Source: Octopus vulgaris (lineage: Eukaryota). Taken from it: a stretch of DNA of 64,000 bases. Shown in pieces: positions 60,801 through 64,000 of the stretch (position 1 is the first letter of the stretch; each line of letters opens with the position of its first letter). A program made the translations under genes and the position numbers. Under the pieces are notes generated by a model. It did not search any database. It saw only the letters and a list, made by a program, of their open reading frames with translations, and was not told the origin of the DNA. Where the stretch lies: positions 2,356,001 through 2,420,000 of the forward strand of contig OX597820.1 in NCBI GenBank assembly GCA_951406725.2, in the 5' to 3' direction.

Positions 60801-60983
60801 TATATATATACAGTATTGGCCAAAAGTCACGTGACAGTAAGTCAAACCCATTTAATTCCAAGATTTATTTATGTTTAACAACTGAATGAATTTATTAAAA
60901 GCATCTAAATATGAAACATCATGAAAATTGTTCAAACTGGAGTCCTTCTCGAGCGACACAATTACAAAATTACAGATAATATT

Positions 60984-61340
60984 GTGGAGGCGCAATGGCC
61001 CAGTGGTTAGGGCAGCGGACTCGCAGTCGTAGGATCGCGGTTTCGATTCCCAGACTGGGCGTTGTGGGTATTTATTGTGTGAAAACACCCAAAGTTCTAC
61101 GAGGCTCCGACAGGGGATGGTGACGAACCCTTCTGTACTCTTTCACCACAACTTCTCTCACAATTTCTTACTGTTTCTGTTGTACCTGTATTTCAAAGGG
61201 CCACGCTGAATCTCCCCGAGAACTATGTTATGAGTACACAGGTGTCTGTGGAGTGCTCAGCCACTTGCATGTTAATTTCACGTTGTCCCTTTGATCGGAT
61301 CAACTGGAACCCTCGTCGTCGTAACCGACAGAGTGTCACG
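60984..61340 (+). mobile_element. tRNA-derived SINE
   Basis: A box TGGCCCAGTGG, B box GGTTTCGATTCC, tRNA-like head; its 3' body recurs inverted at 59980-60150. Confidence 0.8.
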
Positions 61341-61838
61341 ACAGATAGTATTTATGGAATTTTGATTTCAGGTTAATCAATTCCAATGTGTTCATAAAGA
61401 AATGGGTTCATTAAATGTAAATATATATTTAACCATTTTTAAAATTCAGAGCGATTCAGAGTGTGATAAGGTTGGCTTGTTTCAATGCCTGTTTCTTTTT
61501 GCCAGCTGAGTGGACTGAGGCAAGATGAAATGAGAAGTCTGGCTCAATAACCAGTGGGATTAACGTCTTCCTTGATGTGTGTTGTAAAGTCGTAATCCGT
61601 GGAGATACCAGTTGGTATTAAAATGTGATTGGTTAGCGAATAATAAGAATTAATTTCTTTCATAGAATTTTTATAATGTGTTTACGTCTCCGTAACTTAG
61701 CGCTCCGACATAAGAGCCGATTGAATAAGTCCTGGGGTCGATTTGTTCGACTAAAAGGCGGTGCTCCAGTATGGCCGTAGTCAGATGACTGAAACAAGTA
61801 AAATAATAAAGGAAGGATATATATATATATATATATAT

Positions 61839-62193
61839 TACTCTTTTACTTGTTTCAGTCATTTGTCGAGCAAATCGACCCCGGGACTTATTCTTTGTAA
61901 GCCCAGTACTTATTCTATCGGTCTCTCTTGCCGAACCGCTAAGTGACGGGGACGTAAACACACCAGCATCGGTTGTCAAGCAATGCTAGGGGACAAACAC
62001 AAACACCATCCACATATATATACGTATATACGACGGGGTTCTTTGAGTTTCCGTCTACCAAATCCACTCACAAGGATTTGGTCGGCTCGAGGCTATAGTA
62101 GAAGACACTTGCCCAAGGTGCCACGAAGTGGGACTGAACACTCATAACTATGTGGTTGATAAGCAAGCTACTTACCACACAGCCACTCCTGCG

Positions 62194-62196
<3 letters not shown>
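61839..62196 (-). mobile_element. SINE family B
   Basis: Reverse complement of the consensus. Confidence 0.8.
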
Positions 62197-62243
<47 letters not shown>

Positions 62244-62247
<4 letters not shown>

Positions 62248-62928
62248 AAATGGGACAAGAACGCAAAACATCCAGGTCTTTCGGAGTTTTCTTTCCTCAG
62301 TCAAGTACCAGATTATCTTTGCAATTTCGGTTGTTTATACTCGAGATTGCTCCAATCTGGCCAGCCCCAAGGAAAAACTAAGCTAAGAACATTAGATTCC
62401 TTGTAAGAAAGCAGCGAATGTATACGAAAACAAGGAAGGAAAACAATGGAGAAGGTTACACAAATACAAATAACAGGACACAACAACAGGTGTCTTTCGA
62501 CTAAGGACGCATCAAATTAAGCTGGCGTGTGTGGAAGTAAAGCCTTACGGCAGAGATACAAGATTTCACAGGTACGGGGAAGAATGTAGATGTTGCACGG
62601 ACAGCGGCCGAACCAAGAAAGAAAGGCCAGGCTTGGCCGAACACCGGTCACGTGGGGAGAGAAGAGAGAGATAGGTGGAGGGATAGAAGAAATAAGGAGG
62701 TGCGAGAAAAAAATGACAGGGACACAGTGAAGTGAAAAGAGGATGGAAAGTGAGCATGAAGAGGAGGCAATTAAATATAAGAGAGGGGGAACGAAAGAAG
62801 GAAGAGTGGAAGGAACGAAGTAAACGTAAAAGGGCTGATAGAAAGAAGGAAAGAATAAAAGAATAGAGTCGTACAAGATTTAGATAAATATATACTTACA
62901 TATAAGAGACCAAAGTGTACGTACGCCG

Positions 62929-62930
<2 letters not shown>
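62244..62930. mobile_element. TA-flanked interspersed repeat, same family as 34100-34345
   Basis: Shared caaaatgggacaagaacgcaaaacatccag terminus and gattgctccaatct..gccagccccaaggaaaaac; class not established. Confidence 0.65.
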
Positions 62931-62967
<37 letters not shown>

Positions 62968-63024
62968 AATGGACACGTGTGTTCGGTACCTATTTACAAC
63001 TGCATAAATATTCATTAATTAGCG

Positions 63025-63094
63025 ATCTCGCTGACGATCTAGAGATTCCAAATTAGCTTATTTGGCAATTAATAGAGGAACTCGAGTTCAGGAT
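63025..63094 (+). ncRNA. Degenerate hammerhead motif
   Basis: atctcg-CTGACGA-tcta..taga-GGAA-ctcgag-TT-caggat. GAAA has become GGAA and stem I has a mismatch; lies just downstream of (TA)n. Confidence 0.5.
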
Positions 63095-63686
63095 TAACTA
63101 ATTCATTTTTTGTTTGTTCTGGTGTTATAACAGCGTGCCTCATGAATTCTTTTTTCGTGGTTTGGGTTTTAACTGCCCTTTCTAGCATGTAAGAAGTCCT
63201 GTCAAAGGTCTCCTCTCTGTATATAAAAATATTTTATACACCTTATATTTTCAAATATGTGTGGGAGGGGGTGCGCGCGCGCTTCATATGTCCCGTGCCA
63301 ACGACATTGCCAGTTCGAAATTATCAAATGCGATAGGCACCTGCAGATGGCGGGTGAGTACAATGGCTGAAACATTGTGACTACAACAATGTTGTGCAGC
63401 CGTGGCCCGAGTATTCCAGTGTAGGGTGTCAGAAATCCCTCTCAGAAATTCAGACAGAAAAGCTTAACAACGTTAATATCCATTGTTGATCACTTAACAA
63501 TGTAATAAAAAATGTTTTACTTTGTGAAAAATAAAAACGAAAATCGTAAATAAATCATTTTTCTTATTCATGAAAATAATGTCATTAAATGTCAGTTCCC
63601 TCGTTTTAAGAGTACAAATGAAAAGGTTAATTAAAATAAATAACGTCAATAACAAAATAGTAGTAGTAGTAGTAGTAGTAGTAGTT

Positions 63687-63727
<41 letters not shown>

Positions 63728-64000
63728 CGTTCTCTAAGAGGAAAAGGTGACAGGAAGCTGAATGTTATTTAGATTACAAAAAATAAGAGAATACTTAATT
63801 TTGAACCTCATCAATTTAAAATAAATCAAACTCGAGTCTAATAAGAAAGGTGAAGAAATCTGCAGAGAATAAACCGGAAGTGCCGCCATACTTATTCCAT
63901 GACATTATATATAACATGATATTATATTATTAAGGGCGTGGAGTTAGCAGGGAGGCGACACAGAGGGGCGGGAAGATGATTTACGAAATCTAGTTTGAAA

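Noticed and set aside
60809-60830. Tc1-like terminus TA-cagtattggccaaaagt
   Set aside because: No matching opposite TIR or transposase found.
60987-61060. Possible tRNA-Arg gene
   Set aside because: Continues into a repeat body with no acceptor-stem closure or poly-T terminator; it is a SINE head.

Overview
AT-rich, microsatellite-dense animal genomic DNA. The SINE repertoire suggests an octopus or other coleoid cephalopod; this is an inference from recognised repeats, not a database result. Most ORFs in the track are microsatellite artefacts. One host gene is visible on the + strand: a TNF-receptor-superfamily-like type I membrane protein (exons 9755-10940, 19489-19610, 21869-21994 or 22165, 40631-41015 or 41023, 56113-56315). 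It has a cysteine-rich region, a very long stalk, one TM helix and no death domain; the signal-peptide exon was not found. The introns hold a decayed mariner, a piggyBac fragment, a probable non-autonomous Helitron, R4/Dong-like 3' fragments inside (TAA)n, three SINE families and an 18S+ITS1 rDNA fragment. The most striking signal is a set of Penelope-like retroelement (PLE) insertions, mostly embedded in (TA)n. These comprise one RT+GIY-YIG copy with a 1.16-kb inverted repeat, a second GIY-YIG lineage, and many 0.1-0.6 kb non-coding derivatives. Read by eye, they carry minimal type I hammerhead ribozyme motifs with palindromic stem III, often fold back into palindromes (twice apparently on ribozyme stem II itself), and share a GGTA motif 30-57 nt from their ends.
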